From IMG/VR virus record IMGVR_UViG_3300037840_000227, positions 34,783 through 98,782 of that record: 64,000 bases of DNA. One strand, 5' to 3'. Shown one piece after another: positions 39,609 to 48,179 of the stretch. The notes beneath the pieces were generated by a model. The model worked only from the letters and a program-made list of their open reading frames with translations, made no database searches and was not told the DNA's origin. The stretch comes from a virus. Position 1 is the stretch's first letter. Each line of letters starts with the position of its first letter. The position numbers were made by a program, and so were the translations under genes.

Positions 39609-39957
39609 CGCGAATCACACTATCGTCTTGGCCATGCCCGGTCGGAGGATAGCCCCGCAAGTTTCGATCCATGCCATCCGCCGCTATCTCGAGCGCCGGA
39701 AGGGCTTCGCCATCAATGGCAAGGTTGACGGCCTAGCGGTGCGGGCCTTCGCCCAGGCGAACGGCATTGATGTGCAAGCGGTTCAACAATCAATCCAGGA
39801 GATTGTCGCTCGGGGCGTCGCCGCCGGCGCTCCGGCTGTGCTTTATAGGGGCTACCGCTTTTATCTTTCAGGGGAAACCGTCATCACTATGACTCGGGTG
39901 AGCAAGCCTCGCCGGCGCAAGCGGGCGCGCGTTGAAGCCGACAACGAGTTCGGGTAG
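39580..39957 (+). CDS. Hypothetical protein
   Basis: VSIHAIRRYLER motif; GGAGG RBS. Confidence 0.55.
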   Translation: MQSQISTGNDANHTIVLAMPGRRIAPQVSIHAIRRYLERRKGFAINGKVDGLAVRAFAQANGIDVQAVQQSIQEIVARGVAAGAPAVLYRGYRFYLSGETVITMTRVSKPRRRKRARVEADNEFG

Positions 39958-39985
39958 GGTGCGCGCACTTCATGAGGGCGCCTCA

Positions 39986-41293
39986 ATGACGTTGCAAACC
40001 CAGATCCAGCCGATCATTGCCGCGCTGCAGGCGCAAGTGGCGGCGCTCACCGCCAACGCGGCGGCTTTGAATGCCGATGCGGCAAGCCTCACCTCTGACG
40101 CGGCTGGCCTGACCTCAGACGCCGCATCCGTGTCAGCGCAGGCGGCTGAGATTACGGCGACGGTTGCGATATTGAACAGCCAAATCGCAGCGTTGAACGC
40201 CATCATTGTGGTTAGTCCACCGCCGCCCCCGCCGACTGTCTCGCCTCCTGGCACGACGCTCACAGCGCCGGGCGGGACGATCACGGACAAGAAGCTGAAC
40301 GCCTGGATGATGGGTGTAACCGTTTCGGGCGGCGGCTATCAGGTGATGAAGAATGGCGTTCAGGCTTACGGCGGGACCGCCAGCAAGATCGAAATCGACG
40401 TTACCGGCTTGGTGTGGATCCAAAATCCTCAGTCGGGGACCTGGTATTACGATGTTGAGCCGGCCGGGGCGACGCCTGGCTATTGGCAACAGGCGGCTAC
40501 GGGGCCTGTGACGACGATTGTAACGCCGCCGCCAGGCGGGATGGCGATCCCCTCAGGGTGGAAGGCAGTTGTTGACGATCTGTTCGCCGGCACGAGCCTA
40601 AACCCAGCTCTATGGGGAACCGTGATGGGCGACACGCCATATCCGGATTGGAGCGATTCAGGTGGATTGCCGCCGCCAGACTCCGAGATCGGTGTTCCCA
40701 GCCAATTCGATGCGGAGTTCATGACGCCGGGCGCCGTTACGGTCAACAACGGGCTGACAATCACGGCGTCGCCAAGCACGAAATACGCGAGCCTTGGCTA
40801 TACGTGGCAGGCAGGCCTCATCAACTCGTTGGGCAAGTGGCTGACGCCGAACGGTCCATTCCGGCTCCGCGTCAAGGCGCAAGTCCCGAGCTGCATGAAC
40901 GGCGAATGGCCTGGCATTTGGATGCTTGGGACAGACGGCGCAGAGCTTGATATCTACGAGGGCGGCTATACGGCGCTGGGGCTTCCGAATCAAACCGTCG
41001 CCACCAACTTGCATACCGGCAGCAACCAGCAGCAATTCGAAAATGCTGGCGTCGATCTGTCGTTGGCGCCGCACATCTATGAGGTCGACGTGTCGCCGGG
41101 CGTGTCTGTTACCTGGTTCCGCGACGGCGTGCAGATTGCATCGACAACGAATGCTGTGCCAAACGAACAGTTCTCAGTGATCATCGACTTGCAGATGGCG
41201 ACGGGGAACGCGTCGGGATGGCATACCGTGACGAGCGGATCAACACCACAGAAGATGATCGTCAACGAAGTGCAGCTACTCGTTCCAGCTTGA
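39986..41293 (+). CDS. Coiled-coil plus GH16 glycoside hydrolase
   Basis: DDLF.G.SL...W, WPGIWML...ELDIYE (ExDxxE), HIY.VD, W..DG. Confidence 0.8.
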   Translation: MTLQTQIQPIIAALQAQVAALTANAAALNADAASLTSDAAGLTSDAASVSAQAAEITATVAILNSQIAALNAIIVVSPPPPPPTVSPPGTTLTAPGGTITDKKLNAWMMGVTVSGGGYQVMKNGVQAYGGTASKIEIDVTGLVWIQNPQSGTWYYDVEPAGATPGYWQQAATGPVTTIVTPPPGGMAIPSGWKAVVDDLFAGTSLNPALWGTVMGDTPYPDWSDSGGLPPPDSEIGVPSQFDAEFMTPGAVTVNNGLTITASPSTKYASLGYTWQAGLINSLGKWLTPNGPFRLRVKAQVPSCMNGEWPGIWMLGTDGAELDIYEGGYTALGLPNQTVATNLHTGSNQQQFENAGVDLSLAPHIYEVDVSPGVSVTWFRDGVQIASTTNAVPNEQFSVIIDLQMATGNASGWHTVTSGSTPQKMIVNEVQLLVPA

Positions 41294-41301
41294 GGCGAAC
41301 C

Positions 41302-41523
41302 ATGGCGAACATTGCTCCAGAAATCTCGTACGTCCCCAACGGGACATCCGCCGCCGGGCCAGGCCCCAAGGTCACTCGCCGGCCGCCGAAGCCTTCGACG
41401 ATGGCCGGGCTTGCGATGACTGCGCCCAAGGCGCCCTCGGTCAAGGATAAGGCTATGGCGTTGCGGCAGCTTCTCGCCCGACTGGCCGTCCAGGGGGCGG
41501 CGATGAAAGGCGGGGCGCAATAA
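41302..41523 (+). CDS. Hypothetical protein
   Basis: GAGG RBS; coupled. Confidence 0.5.
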   Translation: MANIAPEISYVPNGTSAAGPGPKVTRRPPKPSTMAGLAMTAPKAPSVKDKAMALRQLLARLAVQGAAMKGGAQ

Positions 41524-42131
41524 TGGCCCGCGTTCTCGCCGCTACGCCACCGCGCTCCAAGCCAGGCGCGAATCTTAGCAAGAGGCCAGAGGCGGAGAGG
41601 AAAGAGCCGCCGGTTATTGCTGAGCCGAAACTGGATAGGTCGGTGTTCTTGTTTATGTCCCCGCGGGATGGGCTTGACGGGAAGGGCCGGTTCGCTCAGT
41701 GCTCGGCATGTTCAAATTTCGTCGGGGAAGCGGCGATGGAGGGCAAGGTTCGCGGTGATAGATGCGCCATTTTTGGGAGCAATTTCCCAATTAGCGACGA
41801 CAGTTCATGTAATCTTTTTACGCCTTGGGCTATGGGGTCGCCTTGCAGAGAGTGTGTGGAGCATAATGCCGCTGAACTGGCTCGCGGACTGCGCGGGGCG
41901 GTTTCTCCTTATGAAGTCGGCTTTGTCCGAGATACCGAGGTGCGGTGCGGTCAATGTCGCATGTTCGACCCTGGGCGCCCCGGCGAGGAAGAGTCGCATT
42001 GTGACTTTTTCAGGCAGCTTACTGAAAAAATGCCAGAGATCTTCGATCTTGATAAGAGAGTTGACGCGAGCGATTGTTGTAACGCATGGAATGCGTTCCC
42101 AGTATTGGGAGAGCCAAATGGCAGCCGCTAG
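41523..42131 (+). CDS. Cys-rich protein with two HiPIP-like repeats
   Basis: CSACSNF...RCAIFG..I....SCNLF and CGQCRMF...HCDFF...V....CCNAW. Confidence 0.55.
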   Translation: MARVLAATPPRSKPGANLSKRPEAERKEPPVIAEPKLDRSVFLFMSPRDGLDGKGRFAQCSACSNFVGEAAMEGKVRGDRCAIFGSNFPISDDSSCNLFTPWAMGSPCRECVEHNAAELARGLRGAVSPYEVGFVRDTEVRCGQCRMFDPGRPGEEESHCDFFRQLTEKMPEIFDLDKRVDASDCCNAWNAFPVLGEPNGSR

Positions 42132-42660
42132 GGATCCTGTAGAATGCCCGTCACCTGAAGAGTTTCGCGAATTTTTGTCCTATGACCCAGAAATTGGGGT
42201 CCTCACGTGGGCTAAGGCACCGGGCTATAACAAGGATCACCTCGTAGGTAAAGAAGCGGGAGCTCTGACGGCAACTGGGTACAGACGCCTAAGGTTTAAC
42301 GGCAAATACTGGTTAACACACCGCGTGGTGTGGATGCTGGAGACAGGACAATATCCCGCGACTGAGATTGATCACAAAGACCGTAACCGCGCCAATAATA
42401 GATTTGCTAATTTACGCTTGGCGACACCATGCCAGAACCAGTTCAATGTTGAACGCCGCAAGAGCAATACGACCGGCTTCACAGGAGTCTTCTTGCAGAA
42501 ATCTACAAATCGATATTTTGCTTCTCACAAGTCTGGGGGCAAGCGAGAACATCTCGGTTATTGGGCTACTCCAGAAGAGGCGGCGGCGGCCTATCAGGCG
42601 GCGATCGCCAAGGTCCGCGGCGAATTCCTCGTCAGAGAGGTTGTGGAGATGCGGCCATGA
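42118..42660 (+). CDS. HNH-AP2 homing endonuclease
   Basis: YDPEIG, HRVVW, IDHKDRNRANNRFANLRLAT. Confidence 0.85.
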   Translation: MAAARDPVECPSPEEFREFLSYDPEIGVLTWAKAPGYNKDHLVGKEAGALTATGYRRLRFNGKYWLTHRVVWMLETGQYPATEIDHKDRNRANNRFANLRLATPCQNQFNVERRKSNTTGFTGVFLQKSTNRYFASHKSGGKREHLGYWATPEEAAAAYQAAIAKVRGEFLVREVVEMRP

Positions 42661-42866
42661 CCGATGCAGTTGCTACACTCGTCACTGGCAAGACTGACAA
42701 GGAATACGCCAAGGAGCTGCGCGAGCGCGTTGAGACGGCGATAAAGCCTATCCTGGCGATCTTCGATGAGGCCAAGGACGCCGGGATCACCATCAACTTC
42801 GCGGTGGGGCCGGACTATCGCGGCAAGAATGCGATCACAGCGCTGAACATTTCGAGGCTACTCTGA
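42657..42866 (+). CDS. Hypothetical protein
   Basis: ATGA overlap. Confidence 0.5.
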   Translation: MTDAVATLVTGKTDKEYAKELRERVETAIKPILAIFDEAKDAGITINFAVGPDYRGKNAITALNISRLL

Positions 42867-43114
42867 TGAGCAATGTCCAGGCCCTTAAGACGAGCAAGGC
42901 TCGGGTTGACGAGTCTGTCGTTCGCCTTCTGGAAATGGCGCTTGAGGACGCCAAGAGGGGCGATATCAAAAGCGTTGCGGTCTCGGTTCTGCTGGCGAAG
43001 GGAGGGGCTCGCTCAATGCTCTCTCAGTCCAACAACCGCTTGGCCCAGATCGGCGCTATAGTCGAGTTGCTGATGACGCTGATTCTCGATGGGAGAGGGG
43101 AGCAAGATGGCTGA
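42866..43114 (+). CDS. Hypothetical protein
   Basis: LE.ALEDAKRG.I..VAV motif. Confidence 0.55.
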   Translation: MSNVQALKTSKARVDESVVRLLEMALEDAKRGDIKSVAVSVLLAKGGARSMLSQSNNRLAQIGAIVELLMTLILDGRGEQDG

Positions 43115-43286
43115 GAAATGGATGAGCCACCTGAAAATTTCAGAGGGTGGGCTGCATCGATCTTTGCACATCCCGGCATCGAAAAAGATTCCGGCGGCTC
43201 GAATCGCCGAGGCTAAGCGCTCGAAGAATCCACGTATCCGCAAGCAAGCAACCTTGGCGCAGACTTTCGCCAAGGCGCGAGGGTGA
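43107..43286 (+). CDS. Small basic phage protein
   Basis: MAEKW...GGLHRSLHIP..KKIP...A.LA.T. Confidence 0.6.
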   Translation: MAEKWMSHLKISEGGLHRSLHIPASKKIPAARIAEAKRSKNPRIRKQATLAQTFAKARG

Positions 43287-43307
43287 GCATCCCGAAGGAG
43301 AACTCAC

Positions 43308-43553
43308 ATGATCAAGATGCTTTTAGCTAGCCTTGTCATCTCTCTAGCTCCGGCGGCAGCCGTAGCAGAGGAACACCACGGCGGCGGCGGCCATCATGGC
43401 GGCGGTGAGATGCACCGCGGCGGCGGCGATCGCCACGGCGGCGGTGAGATGCACAGAGGTCATCACCACGGCGGATTCGGGGGATGGGTAACGCCTTGCT
43501 ATGATGCATATGGTAACGTGGTTCCCTGTATCTTTGACGGCGAAGACGACTGA
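43308..43553 (+). CDS. Exported His/Gly-rich protein
   Basis: Signal peptide followed by HHGGGG/GGGEMHRG repeats. Confidence 0.6.
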   Translation: MIKMLLASLVISLAPAAAVAEEHHGGGGHHGGGEMHRGGGDRHGGGEMHRGHHHGGFGGWVTPCYDAYGNVVPCIFDGEDD

Positions 43554-43556
43554 CTT

Positions 43557-43766
43557 ATGCCAAGCGTGAGCGGTCCGCAGCATCGGCTGATGGAGCTAGT
43601 CGCCCACAACGCCGGCGCAGCCAAGCGCTTGGGCATCAAGCAAAGTGTCGGCAAGGATTTCGTCCAGGCTGATATCGGGAAGCACTTCCCTAGCAAGACC
43701 GCTTCGGCCCGCACCGCCGCCGCCTCTCGCCGGGTGAAGAGCAAGACTCTTGCCCACAGGGCATAG
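43557..43766 (+). CDS. Small basic phage protein
   Basis: MPSVS..Q.RLM..VAH.......GI.QSVGKDF..AD. Confidence 0.6.
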   Translation: MPSVSGPQHRLMELVAHNAGAAKRLGIKQSVGKDFVQADIGKHFPSKTASARTAAASRRVKSKTLAHRA

Positions 43767-43813
43767 GTATTTCCCGTCATTGAGTCGTCGCGAATCGGAT
43801 GCTATAAGCCGCC

Positions 43814-44347
43814 ATGCCGAAGCCTGATCAGTCAGACATCCTCCAAGAGATTAGGGGCGAGCAGAGGACTGCGCTGCAGCTCCTCAACTCGGTGCTGGAA
43901 ACTGAGACTGCGATCCTGAGGCATCTTGGGCGGGGAACGCGTGCAACGAAGATCGTCCTCTCTCTGCCGATCATCCATCGAAAGGGTAAACTAATGGCTA
44001 ATTTCGAGCTCCCAAATGACGAAGTGGTTTCCATCCCGATCAGCACGGCCGATGCGGCCGGCACGATCGAACCGTCGCCTCCGAATGACACGTTCTCCGC
44101 TGTTTCCTCTAACCCAGCGTCGCTCGGCGCTTCTGTGAGCGTCGTTGCCGGCAACCCGATGCTTGTCCTCACCCCGTTGGTGCAGGTCTCGCCGGGCATT
44201 ACCGTCACGGTGAGCGACAGCGCTGGCCTCGCGCAGGCGGCGCTTGTGGTTGACATCGTTGCGGACACAACCGACACCACGATCGTCCTCAATACGGCGG
44301 CCGCAACCGAAGTGAGCCAGCCGGTTCCTACCGCTCCTGGCCCGTAA
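43814..44347 (+). CDS. Hypothetical protein with Ig-like beta C-terminus
   Basis: V/T/S-rich C-terminal half; alternative start at 43993. Confidence 0.5.
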   Translation: MPKPDQSDILQEIRGEQRTALQLLNSVLETETAILRHLGRGTRATKIVLSLPIIHRKGKLMANFELPNDEVVSIPISTADAAGTIEPSPPNDTFSAVSSNPASLGASVSVVAGNPMLVLTPLVQVSPGITVTVSDSAGLAQAALVVDIVADTTDTTIVLNTAAATEVSQPVPTAPGP

Positions 44348-44369
44348 GGCGCCACGTAGCGATCGACTT

Positions 44370-44399
44370 AACCCCGCCGGATCCTTTCGGCGGGGTTTT
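44370..44399 (+). terminator. Intrinsic terminator
   Basis: AACCCCGCCG...CGGCGGGGTTTT. Confidence 0.7.
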
Positions 44400-44413
44400 C
44401 ACAGGGAGAAGTC

Positions 44414-44719
44414 ATGAGCCATCCCCATCACACATCCCAAGTCGCAGTTCCACCTCCGAATGCCAATCCCGACTCCCTCGCCGGGATCCTGCAATTCCTC
44501 AGCATCATTGCCGACAAGGCCGATTCTCTCGCAACGCGCCAGAAGGATTTCGCCACGCGGCTGCTCGGCGGGGAGCCAGAGGCGACTGGAGAGGGGCCCC
44601 TGAATGCCGTGCCCAGTTCGATGATTGAAGAGTTCCGATCGCTCACCTCGCGGATCGACAATGCGCTAGGCGCTTGCGACTATCAATCGGAACGCATTAC
44701 GCGCGCGCTGGGCGGCTAA
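44414..44719 (+). CDS. Hypothetical protein
   Basis: GGGAG RBS; helical. Confidence 0.55.
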   Translation: MSHPHHTSQVAVPPPNANPDSLAGILQFLSIIADKADSLATRQKDFATRLLGGEPEATGEGPLNAVPSSMIEEFRSLTSRIDNALGACDYQSERITRALGG

Positions 44720-44746
44720 GTCTCGGAAGTAGAGTTTGTGGAGTAG

Positions 44747-44771
44747 AAGGGCCGCGCGAGGCGGCCCTTTT
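44747..44771. terminator. Terminator between convergent operons
   Basis: AAGGGCCGC-GCGAG-GCGGCCCTTTT. Confidence 0.7.
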
Positions 44772-44776
44772 CACAT

Positions 44777-45118
44777 CTAAGTCTCAAGCTTGCCGTTGAC
44801 TACGGCATCATAGAAATGGCGTAAGGCGATCTCGCGGGGGTGCTGATTTACGCTGCGCCACAATTCCTCGTTGAGGTTGTGTATGCCCGCGGCGATAATC
44901 TTGCTCGCCTCATCGAGTGTAAGTCCGGTGATCGTCGGCAGGATGACAATCCTGGCGAGCGCGCCGGCGACGGTGATGCTGGTGCTTGCCTCTAGGAAGT
45001 CTTTATCAAGCGGCTTGTTCCAGGGATGGCCCGACGATGTCGGCTTCGCTATCGGCTGGACAAAGTCGCCAAGCCTCTCGCAGATCGCATCCACGGCGGC
45101 GGTATGGGTATCCGACAT
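44777..45118 (-). CDS. N-tag array protein A11
   Basis: Begins MSDTHTAAVDAICERLGDF. Confidence 0.75.
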   Translation of the reverse strand: MSDTHTAAVDAICERLGDFVQPIAKPTSSGHPWNKPLDKDFLEASTSITVAGALARIVILPTITGLTLDEASKIIAAGIHNLNEELWRSVNQHPREIALRHFYDAVVNGKLET

Positions 45119-45436
45119 TCACATCTCCTCAATCGCACCGCCGCGCGTCATGAAACCATCAAGGATGGCGAGACGATCCGAATGGTGCGCATAGCGCCAG
45201 ATAAGAGGGCCAATATCCCTAACGCCATTGGCTAACAGCGCGGCAAATTGCGACTGGGATAGTGGGGCGCCACTGAGAAGCAAAGAAAGGGCAACCGTTA
45301 CGGAATCAAGATCGGCGGCCATATCGAGCAGCCCATCGCTCGGCTGCCAGAAAGCAAGGGGGTGCCGCGTTGGCGCGATGTAATCCTCAAGGCGCTCCGT
45401 GATCGCATCCACGGCGGCGGCGTGATTATTGGCCAT
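45119..45436 (-). CDS. N-tag array protein A10
   Basis: Begins MANNHAAAVDAITERLEDY. Confidence 0.75.
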   Translation of the reverse strand: MANNHAAAVDAITERLEDYIAPTRHPLAFWQPSDGLLDMAADLDSVTVALSLLLSGAPLSQSQFAALLANGVRDIGPLIWRYAHHSDRLAILDGFMTRGGAIEEM

Positions 45437-45692
45437 GGACAATCCCCATAAACGCCGCATCCTTGACCCGATACCCGGTCCGTACACTCGTCTTTCCGTC
45501 CATCAGCAGCCAGGTAATGGACATCCTATCGCCATCGAGACGAATCGACTCCACCGTGCCGACTCCCGGCACATAATCGCCTAAGCGCAGATCGCCCATG
45601 CAGGGGTGGTGCGCAACTGCGGCGGCCGGCGCGATGTAATCCCCGAGGTGCGCGGTAATTGCCTCAACGGCCTTGGCGTGATTGGTGCTCAA
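45426..45692 (-). CDS. N-tag array protein A9
   Basis: TTG start; STNHAKAVEAITAHLGDY; DLRLGD. Confidence 0.75.
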   Translation of the reverse strand: MSTNHAKAVEAITAHLGDYIAPAAAVAHHPCMGDLRLGDYVPGVGTVESIRLDGDRMSITWLLMDGKTSVRTGYRVKDAAFMGIVHGQ

Positions 45693-45970
45693 AACGGAAT
45701 CTCGTCGGTTTTGACTATTGCTTCGCGAGGCACGACAATGCCGTATGTGCGATTGACGCCTATCGAGAGGTGAATGCAATCGTCAATCAGCACAACTCGG
45801 TATACATCGAGCCACTTTCCGCCCCACCATAGCTTATCGCCATTCCGCAACTGCCAGGCATGGATTTCGGTATACATCCCCGTCGGTTTAGCATTCGTCA
45901 CGCGCTCATAATCCGCAATCGCTTCGCATATTTCCGCTACGGCGCGGGCGTGGGCCTCATTCATCGCCAA
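45689..45970 (-). CDS. N-tag array protein A8
   Basis: NEAHARAVAEICEAIADY; QLRNGD. Confidence 0.75.
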   Translation of the reverse strand: MAMNEAHARAVAEICEAIADYERVTNAKPTGMYTEIHAWQLRNGDKLWWGGKWLDVYRVVLIDDCIHLSIGVNRTYGIVVPREAIVKTDEIPF

Positions 45971-46245
45971 ACCTCGAGCGAGGCGCTGTTTTTGTAGAAA
46001 TCGCCGATAATCTCCGTGGTGCCCTCAAAGAATATTTCCCGAAAGGACGAAGGCGGCGCGTCCCTTATTTTCGTAATTGCGACAAGGCAGTCGCCAATCC
46101 CGGGCGGCGAACAGCGAACCTTATCGCCGACGCGCAGGTCAGCCACGAACACTCGGCCAAGACACCGCGGTCCCCTCTTCTCCTCGAATCCGTAATCCGC
46201 GAGGTGTGCGACAATCTCTTCGACGGCGGCGCTATGATCAGCCAC
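45961..46245 (-). CDS. N-tag array protein A7
   Basis: MADHSAAVEEIVAHLADY; DLRVGD. Confidence 0.75.
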   Translation of the reverse strand: MADHSAAVEEIVAHLADYGFEEKRGPRCLGRVFVADLRVGDKVRCSPPGIGDCLVAITKIRDAPPSSFREIFFEGTTEIIGDFYKNSASLEVWR

Positions 46246-46480
46246 GGATCACCTCGACTGGAGTATGGCGGTCTAAAAAAGAACACCAGTTATGTATCCC
46301 TGGACCGTCCAACCAAAAGAGCGTGACAGTCTTCTTGCGGTGCTGGACGCGAGTGACAACGCCATAGCCAGGAACGATATCGCCGGCACGGACCGCCGCC
46401 GCACGGATCGTTCGGGGCCTTGGCTCGAGTTCCGAGATACGCTCCAAGATCGCCTCAACGGCTTGAGCGTGATCGTTCAC
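46238..46480 (-). CDS. N-tag array protein A6
   Basis: MNDHAQAVEAILERISEL; AVRAGD. Confidence 0.75.
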   Translation of the reverse strand: MNDHAQAVEAILERISELEPRPRTIRAAAVRAGDIVPGYGVVTRVQHRKKTVTLFWLDGPGIHNWCSFLDRHTPVEVIRG

Positions 46481-46704
46481 TACTCGAACTCCCAATCCTG
46501 TAGATCATGCGCCACGGCGGCGCAGGCGAGCCTATAGCGGCGCATCACGGCGTCGCTGATGGGGTGAGGCTTGGTGCGATAAACGCCGTCCTCGATGTTC
46601 TGGATCGCAGCAACCGAGTATCCAATGAGCCTAGATAGCTGCGGGCGATTATAGCGATTGCGCAAGCGCCACGTCTTTGCTTGCTCGCCGGTTGCTTGTG
46701 TCAC
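46480..46704 (-). CDS. XRE-family HTH protein (untagged, inside the array)
   Basis: AKTWRLRNRYNRPQLSRLIGYSVAAIQNIEDG...RLACAAV. Confidence 0.75.
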   Translation of the reverse strand: MTQATGEQAKTWRLRNRYNRPQLSRLIGYSVAAIQNIEDGVYRTKPHPISDAVMRRYRLACAAVAHDLQDWEFE

Positions 46705-46913
46705 GATGGCGTATCCTTTCCTGAGTCTATGTCATAGCCACACATGGCGGCGTAATCCTTGAGGAACGCATCCCAGTCGAAGCTGGTGAGGCGGCTGCGT
46801 AAATTTAGTTGCGCCTCCACCCATGAATAGGCGTTGAATTTTGGCGCAGCGGGAGGCTGATACGGCTCCATCCGCTCTAGGATTGCGGCGACTTTCTGTG
46901 CGTGATCCGTCAT
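46701..46913 (-). CDS. N-tag array protein A5
   Basis: MTDHAQKVAAILERMEPY. Confidence 0.75.
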   Translation of the reverse strand: MTDHAQKVAAILERMEPYQPPAAPKFNAYSWVEAQLNLRSRLTSFDWDAFLKDYAAMCGYDIDSGKDTPS

Positions 46914-47281
46914 AGGATTCCCCCCAGAACTCCACCAAACCAAGAACGAAGATGCTGCGGCTTCTCGGCGTCAAGCAGCGTAAGCGCCACCTTGCGCCGA
47001 TATGCTATCTCTTCAGCAGGCCTGCCGAGAAGTGTCGACACCTCATGCGCGACGAAAACATTGAGAAGGTGTATGCTAGGCCTATCTATTCCTTGACGGG
47101 CCAAATCCAGCTTTTTCTGAGCGACGATCGCTTGCATCTGAGCGAGTGAGAGTCCCGACTGCGCCCAGGGTGGCGCGCTCGCGCCCGCATCACTGCCCGG
47201 CGCGACAGCTACCGGCGGCGGCGCATATTCCTCCGCCTTGTGCAGGATTGCCTCGACTTCGGCGGCGTGCTTCTGGTTCAT
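46910..47281 (-). CDS. N-tag array protein A4
   Basis: MNQKHAAEVEAILHKAEEY. Confidence 0.75.
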   Translation of the reverse strand: MNQKHAAEVEAILHKAEEYAPPPVAVAPGSDAGASAPPWAQSGLSLAQMQAIVAQKKLDLARQGIDRPSIHLLNVFVAHEVSTLLGRPAEEIAYRRKVALTLLDAEKPQHLRSWFGGVLGGIL

Positions 47282-47550
47282 TTCTCTTCTCTGCGTCTTA
47301 TGAGGAGCATGGCTTCACAGGGCCAGTAACGCTGAGGCATAAAGCGCGCATTGGTGAGAAATATCATCTGGTTGTTAAAGAACTTAACTCCCAGCACTTC
47401 AAGCTCTCCTCCGCTATGCTCGTCAAGAAGCACGGTATCGCCGACTAAGACACAATCGGCGCGGGTAAGATGGCCGCGACTGGCGCGGGGTGCGCGATAG
47501 GCGTCCATCTTCTCCAGAATGTTCTCAACGGCTTGCTGATGATCGTTCAT
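47278..47550 (-). CDS. N-tag array protein A3
   Basis: MNDHQQAVENILEKMDAY; VLVGD. Confidence 0.75.
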   Translation of the reverse strand: MNDHQQAVENILEKMDAYRAPRASRGHLTRADCVLVGDTVLLDEHSGGELEVLGVKFFNNQMIFLTNARFMPQRYWPCEAMLLIRRREEK

Positions 47551-47825
47551 AGCAATCCCCGCTCTTTGCATTCGTTATAGGAGGGCGGGACAATTAGAAT
47601 CAGCATGCAGTGCTCCCAATCAATGTCTTTGCCGCCTTCGGTATGCGCATTAATCCACTCTCCCTCGCGCCCTATCTTCAAAATCCGTTCCTGACAAAAG
47701 GCAAGGATGTCGCCTACGCGTAAGTCCCGAGCGAGCACCGGGATACTTTCTTGCGGCGGCTGGTAATAAGGCCCCATCGCATCGAAAATCTCATCGACTG
47801 CCTTGGCGTGCGAGATGCGACTCAC
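47547..47825 (-). CDS. N-tag array protein A2
   Basis: MSRISHAKAVDEIFDAMGPY; DLRVGD. Confidence 0.75.
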   Translation of the reverse strand: MSRISHAKAVDEIFDAMGPYYQPPQESIPVLARDLRVGDILAFCQERILKIGREGEWINAHTEGGKDIDWEHCMLILIVPPSYNECKERGLL

Positions 47826-48118
47826 GATTCAATCGCTCCGATCTTGTACAGCCAGTTGTAGATGGCCGTCGTGCGCAGGCTGTGGCTGGCCTGTTGCCAG
47901 TCGAAATTGACGCATCCGCTCATAGTGGGGCCTTCCGCGGACTGGAGAGTACGTGGAAGTTGTTGGGCGAGCCACATTACAGCGCGTCCGTAGTCGTCAT
48001 ACCTCGCAGCCTTGAAGGCGAGAGCGCGGGCCACGGGATTGGGGAGCCGAGACGTTGCGGGCGCGCTGTAATCCTGCATACGCTCTAGGATGTCCTGGAC
48101 AGCTTGGGCGTGGGTCAA
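47822..48118 (-). CDS. N-tag array protein A1
   Basis: GAAGGAG RBS; MTHAQAVQDILERMQDY. Confidence 0.75.
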   Translation of the reverse strand: MTHAQAVQDILERMQDYSAPATSRLPNPVARALAFKAARYDDYGRAVMWLAQQLPRTLQSAEGPTMSGCVNFDWQQASHSLRTTAIYNWLYKIGAIES

Positions 48119-48179
48119 AATAGCTCCTTCTGGAGATGTGAGTCACCAAAGAGCGAGGTGTGAGGCAAGTCCCGCTGCG

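Noticed and set aside
41617-42117. 347-aa ORF as an N-terminally extended HNH
   Set aside because: The upstream part overlaps the Cys-rich gene in another frame; the HNH has its own start at 42118.
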